A DNA stretch of 64,000 nt from Vairimorpha necatrix (Eukaryota): the NCBI GenBank assembly GCA_036630325.1, contig CP142732.1, forward strand, positions 558,001 to 622,000, read 5' to 3'. Shown in pieces: positions 42,177 through 53,650 of the stretch. The position numbers and the translations under genes are program-made. How positions within the stretch are numbered: position 1 is the stretch's first letter; every line of letters starts with the position of its first letter. The notes beneath the pieces were generated by a model. The model saw only the letters and a list, made by a program, of their open reading frames with translations, searched no databases and was not told the origin of the DNA.

Positions 42177-44420
42177 TTAAATTTCAAAATTCTCATTTAT
42201 AAATTTGTAAATTTTATTTCCCGTTTCTTGTCCTAAAATCCTTTGTAAAGTAACTTTTTTACTATTGAAAATATCTCTAATATTTTTAAAATTCTTTATT
42301 ATTTTTTTTATGTTAAACTGATTAATTCCTGGTATTGATAATAATATTTCTTGTAAAACTGGATCTATCTCACTATTATTAATATTTTTTACTATCTCGT
42401 CTTCTTTATTATTCTTATTTTGTATTCTTCTAAATGTTTTGGTTGTAAACAATGTCGACTCAGACCAAATGATCTTCACACCGGGGAATGTTATCAAAAA
42501 CAAACAGAACTTAGAAATCAAAGAATTCCTGAATGTATCAGAATTATGATTATAAAAATCTGATAAACAAGGCCGTGAATTAAATTCTAGTAAAATTATA
42601 GAATTTAAATAATACAAAGTTAACATTCTCGTTTGACTGTAAAGTCGGCCTGTGTTACAAGAAGAAATAAAATCATGAATATTTTTTCTTTCTATACAAA
42701 TATCTTCATTAATTAAATAATCTCCTATTTGTAAAGTGGAAATAATCAAATTATTTCCTGCTTTATACAAGAAAAAAGGCAAATCGGCCCTTAATTCTCT
42801 AGAATCTACTATTACATCATACTTGATTTCATTCTCATCTGACGCCTCGTCTTCTAAAATATTTTTGTTTATGTCCAATAAAACAGGCATGTTACTTCTT
42901 TTATTTATAAGTTGCTCGAAATATAATTTCTCGTTTCTTAATCTTAATAAATTAATTTGTTCTTCTATTGAATCTCTAAATTGGAATGAGTGTACATTAA
43001 TATTTATTAATGTGCCGATATATTCGCATTTTCTGATACAAGATAAATCTTTATCAAATAAAATTATTTCATATTTCTTATCTTTATCGAAATATAAAAT
43101 GTTACTGGATTGTTTATCAATTTCTAAAATGTCTTTTTTATTATTTTTTGTATAAAAAATGAAAAATTCTTCATGTGTTTTACTTTGGTTTAGTTCTTTG
43201 TTCATGTGAATAAAATCTTCTTCTAATTTGTCATCATTGAAAATTATCTCTGAATTTATGAAGTCTTTCTTGAGATAAAAAATCAAATTTTTATTTGTAA
43301 AATTTTTTAAATGATTTTCTACATCAAATAAAACTCCAGGTGAAGGCAAAACAATCAGAAAATTTGATTCATTAGAATTAGAAACTAATTTCATTAATCT
43401 CTTAAATTTCGGATTCCATAATTTATCATCATTATTTTCAATAGTATTTTTAATATCCTCATTCTTTTTACCATCTTCATTAGTTTTTAGTTTTTTATAC
43501 TTTAAAAAATATTTAATATTTTTAATATCTTCCATTTCTTTCTCATTTTCTAAACAATTCATCTCTATTTTATCAATTAAAATACTTGTATATCCACTAT
43601 TTAGCCAAGTACTATCTTTTCCGAGATCTATTTGTTTATAAATAAATTTCATACATTCCATATAAAATCTCAATAAATTACATGAAAAAAGTAAACTTAT
43701 AAGATATTTTATATCTAAAATATCTTGCGTATATTTCATTGATACCAAAACAAATTCATAATCAATATCTAATTTATGATGTTTGATTAATTCTTTCAAA
43801 ATTTCTATTAAAATCATTTGGACTTCAATCATCTCATTCGTCATTTTAAACTCGTGTTGTGTAAAATTCATATCATTTTTAAAAGATTTCATTATATTTT
43901 CATGAAATCTAGGATATAAAACAAAATTATCGCATCTTAAAATATTTACATATTTTTCTAAACTACCAATACCATAAGCAAAAGATATACAATTACTAGA
44001 AAAAGCTTTTATAAGTCTTTTGTCGTTCTTTCTTCTAAATATGTACAAGATAAATGCTTCTATGGAATTTTCTCTAATTTTATCAGCGTCATTAATAATA
44101 ATACAAGATATTTTGTCTATTGGCAAATTGTCTTCTAAAAAATCTGTAAGTAAAATTCTACTACTTCCAAGATAAACACCTCCTTTCAAATAAATTTTTT
44201 TTCTGGCTTGCTTGTCAAGATTTTTTAAATTTCTAAAATATTCGTTATTAATTTGTAACGGAAAGTCGTTAAAATTTAATAATAAAGTTAATGAATATTT
44301 ATTCAAATATAACATGATATTTAAATTAATAACTTTATTTAAATGTATCCCAAAACCAGATACAAGAACAAAAGACTCACCTTTGGTATCTTTGAGAATA
44401 TTCTCTTCATAAAATAACAT
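42177..44420 (-). CDS. RAD1: XPF/ERCC4 (Rad1) structure-specific endonuclease
   Basis: SSRILLTDFL, LYPRFH, VIVDSRE, GDY..ERK..DFISS..GRL, C-terminal HhH IPGI. Confidence 0.93.
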   Translation of the reverse strand: MLFYEENILKDTKGESFVLVSGFGIHLNKVINLNIMLYLNKYSLTLLLNFNDFPLQINNEYFRNLKNLDKQARKKIYLKGGVYLGSSRILLTDFLEDNLPIDKISCIIINDADKIRENSIEAFILYIFRRKNDKRLIKAFSSNCISFAYGIGSLEKYVNILRCDNFVLYPRFHENIMKSFKNDMNFTQHEFKMTNEMIEVQMILIEILKELIKHHKLDIDYEFVLVSMKYTQDILDIKYLISLLFSCNLLRFYMECMKFIYKQIDLGKDSTWLNSGYTSILIDKIEMNCLENEKEMEDIKNIKYFLKYKKLKTNEDGKKNEDIKNTIENNDDKLWNPKFKRLMKLVSNSNESNFLIVLPSPGVLFDVENHLKNFTNKNLIFYLKKDFINSEIIFNDDKLEEDFIHMNKELNQSKTHEEFFIFYTKNNKKDILEIDKQSSNILYFDKDKKYEIILFDKDLSCIRKCEYIGTLININVHSFQFRDSIEEQINLLRLRNEKLYFEQLINKRSNMPVLLDINKNILEDEASDENEIKYDVIVDSRELRADLPFFLYKAGNNLIISTLQIGDYLINEDICIERKNIHDFISSCNTGRLYSQTRMLTLYYLNSIILLEFNSRPCLSDFYNHNSDTFRNSLISKFCLFLITFPGVKIIWSESTLFTTKTFRRIQNKNNKEDEIVKNINNSEIDPVLQEILLSIPGINQFNIKKIIKNFKNIRDIFNSKKVTLQRILGQETGNKIYKFINENFEI

Positions 44421-44451
44421 GGGATAAATAAATTAAAACTTTTAAGCCCAA

Positions 44452-45534
44452 ATGGAAAACATTAAAAACGGGGGAAATTTTAATGAAAAAGAAAGTTTTA
44501 TAGTAAAAGATGATATTAAAGAAACAAAAAAAATAAGTTTAATTAGTCATGACGAGAAAGAAAATATCGAAAAAAATAATAAATTTGGAAAGAACTATGA
44601 TAAAAATTATACTTGTGATGACAAGAATATTTCTGATGATAAAAATGAATGGAGAAATTTAAAAACAGATGAAATAATAAATTTACAAGATACACTTTTC
44701 AGTGGACAAGTTTTTAATTTTCATAAAACAGATGACGACGAATTTACTGGTGCAATTTATTTTTTTATTGTAACTTTTAAAGAAAAAAATGGTAAAATTT
44801 TTTATAAAATTTTACATACGAAAATTGAAAATTTTTATCTTATTGAAATGTATTTGAATAGATTTTTCACTCTACAAATCAATTATTCAAAAATTTTTAC
44901 TAACCAATACACTTTAGGATTGAGATTACTTAACAATGCCCTTATTCCTACGATATTTTCATTTATATGTTCTGCCAATAATAATGTAACAAGAATACAG
45001 AAAATGGTAAATTTTTTGTACAGCAAAGGAGAATTTATTTGTAAATATAAAAATATTGACTTATACTATTTTCCTGAATTGAGTAAATTGTTAAATATAA
45101 AAAATGACTTAGTAGAAATTGGATTTGGTTATAGATCGAGTTACATTGGTAAAACGGCTGAAACATTAATAAATGCTAAAGAATTTAGTATAATTAAGAC
45201 ATTTGATGATAAGATTTTAGAAAATTATACACAAAATGGAACAACAATTAAAAATCTTGATTATAAAAAAATAGAAAATTTATTGTTAAAATTATCAGGA
45301 GTGGGACCTAAAGTGAAAGATTGTATTTTACTCATGGGAATTGGAATGTTTAAAATTGTACCTATTGATACTCATATTTTTAAACACGCTAAAAAACTTT
45401 TTAATTTTGAATGTAAAATTTTAACATCTAAAAATTATAAAGAAATACAAGAGAAATTTGTTGATTTGTTTGGGGAATATGCAGGAATTTATCAGTTATT
45501 TATATTTAAAGATTATTTAAAAAAAATAAATTAA
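44452..45534 (+). CDS. OGG1: 8-oxoguanine DNA glycosylase (HhH-GPD)
   Basis: TLFSGQVF, FSFICSANNNVTRI, GFGYRS, LSGVGPKVKDCILL, VPIDTH. Confidence 0.93.
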   Translation: MENIKNGGNFNEKESFIVKDDIKETKKISLISHDEKENIEKNNKFGKNYDKNYTCDDKNISDDKNEWRNLKTDEIINLQDTLFSGQVFNFHKTDDDEFTGAIYFFIVTFKEKNGKIFYKILHTKIENFYLIEMYLNRFFTLQINYSKIFTNQYTLGLRLLNNALIPTIFSFICSANNNVTRIQKMVNFLYSKGEFICKYKNIDLYYFPELSKLLNIKNDLVEIGFGYRSSYIGKTAETLINAKEFSIIKTFDDKILENYTQNGTTIKNLDYKKIENLLLKLSGVGPKVKDCILLMGIGMFKIVPIDTHIFKHAKKLFNFECKILTSKNYKEIQEKFVDLFGEYAGIYQLFIFKDYLKKIN

Positions 45535-46969
45535 AATATTTTATATGAAAAAATTATTAACATTCATTAAATATTAAATTAATGCTGATTTATCTAATTT
45601 TAAAAATTTTGATTTGCAAAACACAAGCCTAGTCTTTTCCCTTCTTTTTGTTAAAATTATTTATAGTCGAAGATAATATCTTACGCTAAATCATTTACAT
45701 TCATTATTTTGCAATTAAATAAATCTGTTATAAAAAATGAGTCTCTTTATACGATGCTATAGAGTTTTTAACTAAATTTTATGTATTTATATTACACTAA
45801 GACATTTTATATACGATTTGATTTTGTAAAACCCGCAATCATTAATATTTATATCGCTGCATTGTATACCCTTTAAGCGATATTATGGATAAAAAAGTGG
45901 CTCAAAAATAGTAATTAACATGCTAAAATTTTATACTTTGTCAATGCTAAGTCAAACTTTAGACCACTAGATCTATTTCTCAAACATTTACAGGTAGCAC
46001 AAAACAACATAAAAAATTATAAGATAAAAAAAATCAGCAGTTAAAGTGTCGATTGCCTTTATTATTTAATTTTTAAATGTATTATCAATAAATTAAAAAT
46101 CATCTCTTATATTGTAAGATTTGCTTTCTATCAACCGTATTAAATATTTAATTTTATTATAATGGAAAATGCCCATGTATCATGTGCTAAATATTGTTTA
46201 CTTTTATAGCTTGTTTTCAGCATTTCTAATTTGTATATTGCTCGATAAACGTTCCTTCACATTTCTAATAAATACCAATAAAAATTTTTAACTTAATTTA
46301 AATCACCATTTTTCTTTATCTATATTAAATGTGCAGTATAATGATTTTTTAAATATCTTATTGTTGATATTTTAATTATATTTATAATTTCGATTAAACC
46401 TTTAATAAATCTAGTAATAGCAGTATTATAAAAGTGTAAGAATAAATTACTAAATGACAATGTAGTCATAATAAATAAACATTTTACGTGGTATGAACAA
46501 TATTTCTTCTTTTACTAATGAAACACATGATATTTTATTAATTTTTTACGGGACCTTATCAAACCCGTTTTATTAACAATTTATTTTCCTTATAGCGTCC
46601 AGACGCTTCAATTGATTTTTGAAATAACATGACTATTCTTGTTATGCCTAAATATATCTATACGTTGAACAAAAGGATCATGTTTTATTTATAATAGTAA
46701 GTTTAAACATTAAAAATTGTCCCTTTTTGCGTCTATCGTGATTAAAACATCTTTAAATTTTTTAATATTAAAAAATTTATAAAAGTGTAAAATGTCTATT
46801 GTGCATATATTACTTATGCATTACACACCACTCACACATGTACAATAAAGTAATTTAACACATTATTATATATTTATATTTCATTAAACATTTAAAAATT
46901 CCATTATTTTTATAACAGCTTTATTGTTTTTAAAGTTCTATAAGACATACATACACATTAACTTCTAAT

Positions 46970-48799
46970 TTATTTAAATTTATTGTATCCATACATTTTT
47001 AGAAATTCTTCAATATCTAAATTTATATTTCCTTTGCCATGTATTAATTTCGGCAGATTTCTAAACCAAGTTCTTAGATCATCCGAAAGATTTTTAGAAA
47101 ATCCAATTTTAAAAATTACGTCAAATTTGAATATTGCGTAACTATCAAATACGTAGTCTGGCACAAGATTGTATTTGTAAAAATATTTCAAATTTTTCAA
47201 AATATAATTAATATTTTTATATCCAATTATTTCTCTATTTTTAATCTGCGTCATTATTTTATTGGTATTAATATCATATTTAAATTTGAATCCCTCTATT
47301 TCGACTTCTAAATATCTCTCTAAAATATTATCAGCGTATCTGTAAATATTGAAAATAAAATTTATATAAGTTCTCGTGTTTTTGATTTCAAAATCTCCTA
47401 CAAGACAGAATTCACTAAAAATCGATATATTAAAATTTTCAAATATAACTTCCAAACTAAATTCAGTCATTTTGATTAAATTTATGTAATTTGATTCATC
47501 TTTAATAAAATTATAAAAATCAGAAATATATTTTATACTTGTGTTTCTTATTAAATACTTAAAATTCGAAATTGGCAAACTTGTAGTTTTCTTTTCAAAA
47601 ATTAAAATTCCATTATTTTTTATACAAAATTGATTTTCATCTATAAAAATATCAAAATCTATTATTTCATCCTTCAGACCAACGATTTTAAGTCTTAAAT
47701 TGTCAATCATTATTTCGTTATAATTGCGCAATATTTTTGTGCCTTTATAAATTTTTTCAATTTCTCTAAAAAAAAATTTTTCTTTTTTTAATAAATCAAC
47801 GAATTTTAAATACAATTTAGGGTTAAAAAACTTGATTGTCGCAGAATGAAAAAAATTATTTTTTAAAAATTCACAAATTTCCACTTCATTTTTAAAAATG
47901 AAATTTTTTTGTTTTTCCGATTTTTCACAATCTACCAAATTTCCTTTGTCGTAAAATGCAAACCAACCATTTTCTAATGTAAAATTAAGATTTTGATATT
48001 TATTAGATAATTTCTCTATAAACTTATCAATATTAATATTTTCCTCAGCTTTAAAATGTTGGTTGTCAATTAAAATTTTAAAATTCAAATAACCCCCTTC
48101 TAAAATCATTTCAATTTGATTTTTCAAAATTTTAAATTTACTGTGTAAATTATGAAGTTTATAATATTTATCTTGTAATTTTAAATATGTCACAAATTTA
48201 GAAATAGTAAAATTTCGAATAAATATTTCTGAATCTAAAAGCATAAATTTTGGATTTCCCATTTCACCACACAAAGTGATTTTATATTTTTCATCTAAAA
48301 AAATAAAATTGTCTTTTATTTTTACACTTTTAAAATATTGTAAATTTTCTTTCTGTAAATGAATTTTTAAAAATCTTTCTAAATGTTTATTATTTGTTTC
48401 TTGACTTTGTGCAGGTAAATTGTTATAATACAAATTTCTTAAACTACCCTTAACATTCCAAGATGGAGAAATTGTATTTTTTATATTTTCATAAACATAA
48501 GCAAGTCTATTGGCAGTATCTTCAAAATTATTAACAGTTTTAAATATTTTTACAGAATTTAAATATTTTATTCCTACGTCTAATAAATAAATTAATTCAA
48601 AATCCGCGACTTTTTGTTTAAAAAAAGATATTAATTTTTTTCTGCATTCTATTTCTTTTGAAGAATGGTATCCACTTAATTGACTTTTCATTTCATTTAA
48701 TGTGTTATTTATAAATGAACTAATAAATTTCTTATAGTTTAAATTTGTGTTATTTTCAGTTTCCTCTTCCTCTGGAACACTAAGACGTATTTTCGCCAT
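46970..48799 (-). CDS. MED14: Probable divergent Mediator subunit Med14 (Rgr1)
   Basis: N-terminal SKEIECRKKLISFF...FELIYLL...FEDTANRL...PSW resembles the Med14 N-domain; ATG at 48799 follows CCCC (ORF-track start is TTG). Confidence 0.55.
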   Translation of the reverse strand: MAKIRLSVPEEEETENNTNLNYKKFISSFINNTLNEMKSQLSGYHSSKEIECRKKLISFFKQKVADFELIYLLDVGIKYLNSVKIFKTVNNFEDTANRLAYVYENIKNTISPSWNVKGSLRNLYYNNLPAQSQETNNKHLERFLKIHLQKENLQYFKSVKIKDNFIFLDEKYKITLCGEMGNPKFMLLDSEIFIRNFTISKFVTYLKLQDKYYKLHNLHSKFKILKNQIEMILEGGYLNFKILIDNQHFKAEENINIDKFIEKLSNKYQNLNFTLENGWFAFYDKGNLVDCEKSEKQKNFIFKNEVEICEFLKNNFFHSATIKFFNPKLYLKFVDLLKKEKFFFREIEKIYKGTKILRNYNEIMIDNLRLKIVGLKDEIIDFDIFIDENQFCIKNNGILIFEKKTTSLPISNFKYLIRNTSIKYISDFYNFIKDESNYINLIKMTEFSLEVIFENFNISIFSEFCLVGDFEIKNTRTYINFIFNIYRYADNILERYLEVEIEGFKFKYDINTNKIMTQIKNREIIGYKNINYILKNLKYFYKYNLVPDYVFDSYAIFKFDVIFKIGFSKNLSDDLRTWFRNLPKLIHGKGNINLDIEEFLKMYGYNKFK

Positions 48800-50743
48800 T
48801 TCGTACAAGGGGATTGAAAATTTACTAAATATTGTGTAAAAACAATTAATGTTTCAATTTACAACATTTTTATAATCTATAGATTTGAACTTATTATATT
48901 ATATTAAGACTTCTAGGCAATACATTTTTAGATCTCATCTCATCATTTTGATAGATATCATCTAATTTATTTTATATCTATTTATTTTACAGATTATAGT
49001 TTATTATTTTATTATTAATTTTTATTAGATCTATTGACTAATTATATTATTAATTATATTATATCTATTGATTAATATTTTATTATTGAATTTATTATAT
49101 CTTATAATTGATATTTCTTTTTTTAAACTCGTCATTCTAAATTAAAACATTTACACATCATTCGATATCGCAAGAAATCATAAATGTTTACATTAAATAT
49201 CCTGTATATTAAAAACCAATAACATTAAAAATATTTTAAAAATAATGGAGCCTTCTGTAAAATACAAATGACACCTCTGTACATCCAACAAACTTGTGTT
49301 AGGAGATTGTTGTTTATCAAATAACTCAATAGAAACACCATTTTTCTTTGGTATCTTTTATGTTTTGTGTTCATATATTCAACACCCGAGTTCCTCAGCT
49401 ATCTCGTAAATAAACAAAGACAGAGATCGACACTATTAATTTCACGAATATAAAATAAAATGTTTTCCTAAGCTTATGTGTTTTTTAGAGTCGGAAGAGT
49501 GCGTAAGGCAGTATATATAACCTACATTCAAATATTAAAAGCATCTGTAGACCCAAATCGGAGAATCCTACAAGAAAGTCCGCCTAAATGATTACAAAAT
49601 AAGAATATTAAATTGTATAGATACTAAAAATTCGCATACAATGCCAAAATACATTGCTATCATTGGTTTAGAGACCAAATTCTGTAAAACCATATTTTAG
49701 CAGCATCCCCTACGAGAAAAAATTAGCGTAAAAACTTTCGAATCGAAAAAAATTATGGTAATGGAACCTTCCCGAATCTTAAATTATAAAATGAAGATTT
49801 TTTTCAAAAATAAAATCTGTGTAGATAATTGAGATTATATACCATGATCTTACTATTTATAATCTCTAGCGAAAAATCTAAAGGACTTAATTTACCATAA
49901 AAATCGATATTGGATTTTTAAATTTTCTTATAATATGAATTAACGCTTTTTTAGATAATACTATAAACAAAGATGTTTTTGGCAGAAAAAAAAAGTTTTA
50001 TATCTTATTACTAGTAGGGGTTCATTATCATATATTTTATACGACCAAATAATATTTTTAGTGGTTTGGTATGAAAAATAAATAAGAATCTCCTGACAGG
50101 GGTCCTTTTATTTGTAGCGCAGAATACATTGGTAATTTGTTATCTACGTATATTTACTAAGGCCACGTGGTACCTGATCTTCATGTATTATTAAATTTTT
50201 TGCGAAGGACTTACAATTTATATTTGTGAAATTAATAAGCTCCTATATTATGCTAAAGACGAAGAATTACAAGCAAGCTTAGCTCGCTATTATGCCGAAC
50301 TAATTAAATTTTACTCGAAGAGAAGTCATTTTTCATATAATAATAAGACATGAAGGCGCAACAAAATATTTCAACTTCAATGCGGGCTCTGAATTAAACC
50401 TCAGTTTAAGTGTAATTCTAATTTTTTGAAAGTAAAATATTTTTCAAAGCTCATGAATAAAACATGATTTTACAAAAGAACTTTGGAGAAAATAATAGTT
50501 TAAAATCATTATATTTTGCAGTATTATAAATATAATCATATTTGTAAAGCTTATAAATAAAAAAACAAGGGATCAAAAGTATTAGTAAGATTTTGGTCTC
50601 AACATATACGGCTTCCAGATATTCTATAAATTCAAAATTTCTTTAATTTCTAACTTTTTAAAACATATGGCTTACGCTTCATGTCATAGATATAAAATAA
50701 TAAATAATTTAAGCAGTCAAGTTATTTTATTAAGAGCTTATAC

Positions 50744-51397
50744 GGTACATGACCGTTTGGAACCCGCTTCGGGAAAATGAACCCGAATTGAAATTTTAAA
50801 GGACCCCCCTTTAAAAAAATGGCCAAATTGGCAAAAACAATGTTTGTTGAGGCAGATGAAGTTTTTAGTGATGAAATGTATTTATACATGGAATATAAAG
50901 AAGAGTCTATTTTGGAAACATTTGATGCTGAATCGGCGTGCGCCTTGCTCGTTTCTGTAACTAGTATAAATACTGCTTTTTCCTTTAGGTAAAACAAGAA
51001 AATGTATAACCTGTTTCTATTTTGATCTCTAATCAATGAGTAGCATATGATGCCACATTAGCTAAGCAAAGGGATGGAGCACAGTACTAAGAATCACTCC
51101 ATAAATACTGATACCTCTAGCGATTCTGAATCACAACACCATATAATTTTGTTGGTTTTGGCTCATTTCTATAAGAGATATTCGATCTTAACATAAACAA
51201 AGAAGAACACTATGAGTACCTTTTACAGTTTCATTGGGCTTTCCAAATTCCCAAAAATCGCTGGATAAATTGTCTTCTGTCATTATTTAAAATAAATCGT
51301 TAAGTCCCTTTTTAATAATTTTTTTTATTTTTCCCTTTTTTTGAATTTTTCAATGCGGGTTCATTTTCTCAAAGCGGGTTCCAAACGGTCATGTACC
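50744..51397. mobile_element. Merlin-type MITE (654 bp, ~50-bp TIRs, 8-bp TSD)
   Basis: GGTACATGACCGTTTGGAACCCGCTT at both ends, inverted; TSD GCTTATAC at 50736-50743 and 51398-51405. Confidence 0.92.
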
Positions 51398-52239
51398 GCT
51401 TATACATTCTTTAATCGTTTTTGGAAATTTAAGTTTGTTCTTTTCTGTTCTTGAATAATATTAATAATTTTTTGCATCAAAATAATGTAGGATCCTATAC
51501 TTTCAGACCTTTTGCGACGCAGACATCCCATCTTCATTTTTTTTACGATTTTCTACATGTATTTGTATATTTATACAGAAGTAAAACCTGAACTCCTCTG
51601 TAACATAAAAAAACACTCTATCTTTGTTCTCTCGAATAGATCCTCAGTTTAATTTGTATTTTATATGATATTTAGTCATCAACCTTTCGTATCAATACAA
51701 AATTAACTATTATTGTGTGCATATGCTACGAAGCACCGTTAATTATAAAAAAGATTTTGTTTCTTCGTTTTCCTTTTCTCTGTTATAGCAAGTATATTCC
51801 GATTAATATCATATTTCCATTATAAATTTTCTTTAATTCTTTTATACAATTTAATATCTGTCTAATTTGGACTTAATTCAAAGGCCAAATCTACTCCCCT
51901 CAACTTCTATTTTAAGTACAATATGTTATATGATCTTCTATATTGAGTATCCGCTAGTTGTGTTTAACTTTATAAACCAGACTGAACATATATAAACAGT
52001 AAATATAAATGATCATCTTGTTCGTTTGTTCATATCTTATCTTAACATTGATCATACTTAGTAGCTAACATTCCATTGTATGTCTATTTGATTAGCGACG
52101 ATGGCATTGTTGCTTCTATCCACGTGTTAATATATATATCTTTCTGTAAGAAACGTACATTTACATTAAATTGTAATTTAAATCTTTTATAAAATTTTTT
52201 TTAGAAATAAGATAAAATTTTTTTTTATTTCGCCCCAAA

Positions 52240-53650
52240 TAATAATTTTTATATTAGTTATATGTCTTGTGCCCAGTTTATGTATATAAACACATTGTGA
52301 AAGCACATAAAAGAATACTACTCAGGAGTATATATCTGAGAAATCTTAAACAACTTTTAACGATCTCAGTCAATACGCCATGCAAATAACCTTGTTCTCA
52401 TACATGTTATATGTAGACATATCATGTATGTTATATTGATTCATATATCAAACATAATGGCAATTATATATGAATAATAGTGATTATAAATTAGATATGA
52501 AAAAATATAGATTTATTTTTTAGCAAATTCTAAAGGATTATGTATTTGACTAGTTGTCCTGAGCAGAAAATTAAGTTTGATAGCTTTTATTTTTACGATA
52601 ATATAAATGTAATATATAACTGTCATGTGATATTAAATATGACGTTGTAAACGGAATAGCACTTGAAACATTCTCCATTTGCGTGAGTTCTTATTTTTCG
52701 AGCAATAAATTATTGACTATGAAGCGTAATATATGGATTAAAATTTTGGCACTACTACAATAGTGCTAGGACAATATTTTTTCAATGAAATTTAAAAATG
52801 TTTTGAGGAAAAATAAATTGTATATTTCAACACATACATTGAAAAAATGTCGAAGTAGCAAGAATCAAATTAGAGCGGCCTCATGTGACAATCGTAATAG
52901 TTCTTTGCTAACGATGTAGAGATGGGTATTGTGATAATACTGATGAAAATATGGAAATAGATACAGTGGAACTATATATTTAATTCATTATAAGTCAAGC
53001 CTACGAAAAATTAAAAAACAGCATAACCCCTGAGAGGAAAACTACTGTTACTCATAAAAAGCTGTTTTTTGTCTTTATATTTTATCAAATTAACTAAAAA
53101 ATATCTAAATGTGAAAATAATCCAATTCTTTTTCCGATAAATATAAATTAACCAAATCTAACAGATATAAAACAATAGAGAAACATTAAATAGATAGTAC
53201 CCGACACCCTGCTTTAAATATTATAAAAAATCAAGAAAATGGAAATGAATTGTTATTGGATATCTCTTAAACTATTTCTTAGAATAATAAAAAAAAAAAG
53301 AGACAATTGATATCTATTTAAAACATCATTTTCGGTATTATAAGAGTGTTGAATTTTTTTTTGCCAGTTTATAATGTGAAAATAAAACGTTTATCTCTAA
53401 GCTTAACCATAACTAAATTAATTCTATAATAACAACATAGAAAAAATCATCTCTATCTAATCATATCCCGATGATCAAACCCACAGAAAAAATATCAAAT
53501 GAATTCTTATTTTTTAATAAACAAATACTATTTGAAAATTAAAATAGCTAAAGATACAGGGTTGATAAAAATCACATAACGAACTTTAACAAAAACTAAG
53601 AACAAATTATTTAAATTTATCAAAGTTGAATCTGATAAACAATATTAGAA
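52240..53650 (+). pseudogene. Decayed paralog of 56608-58059
   Basis: CCC...ATTTTTATATTAG start region; ACAACATAGAAA...TAATCATATCCCGATGATCAAAC vs ACAATATAGAAA...TAATCACATACCAATAATCGAAAC; many stops. Confidence 0.65.
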
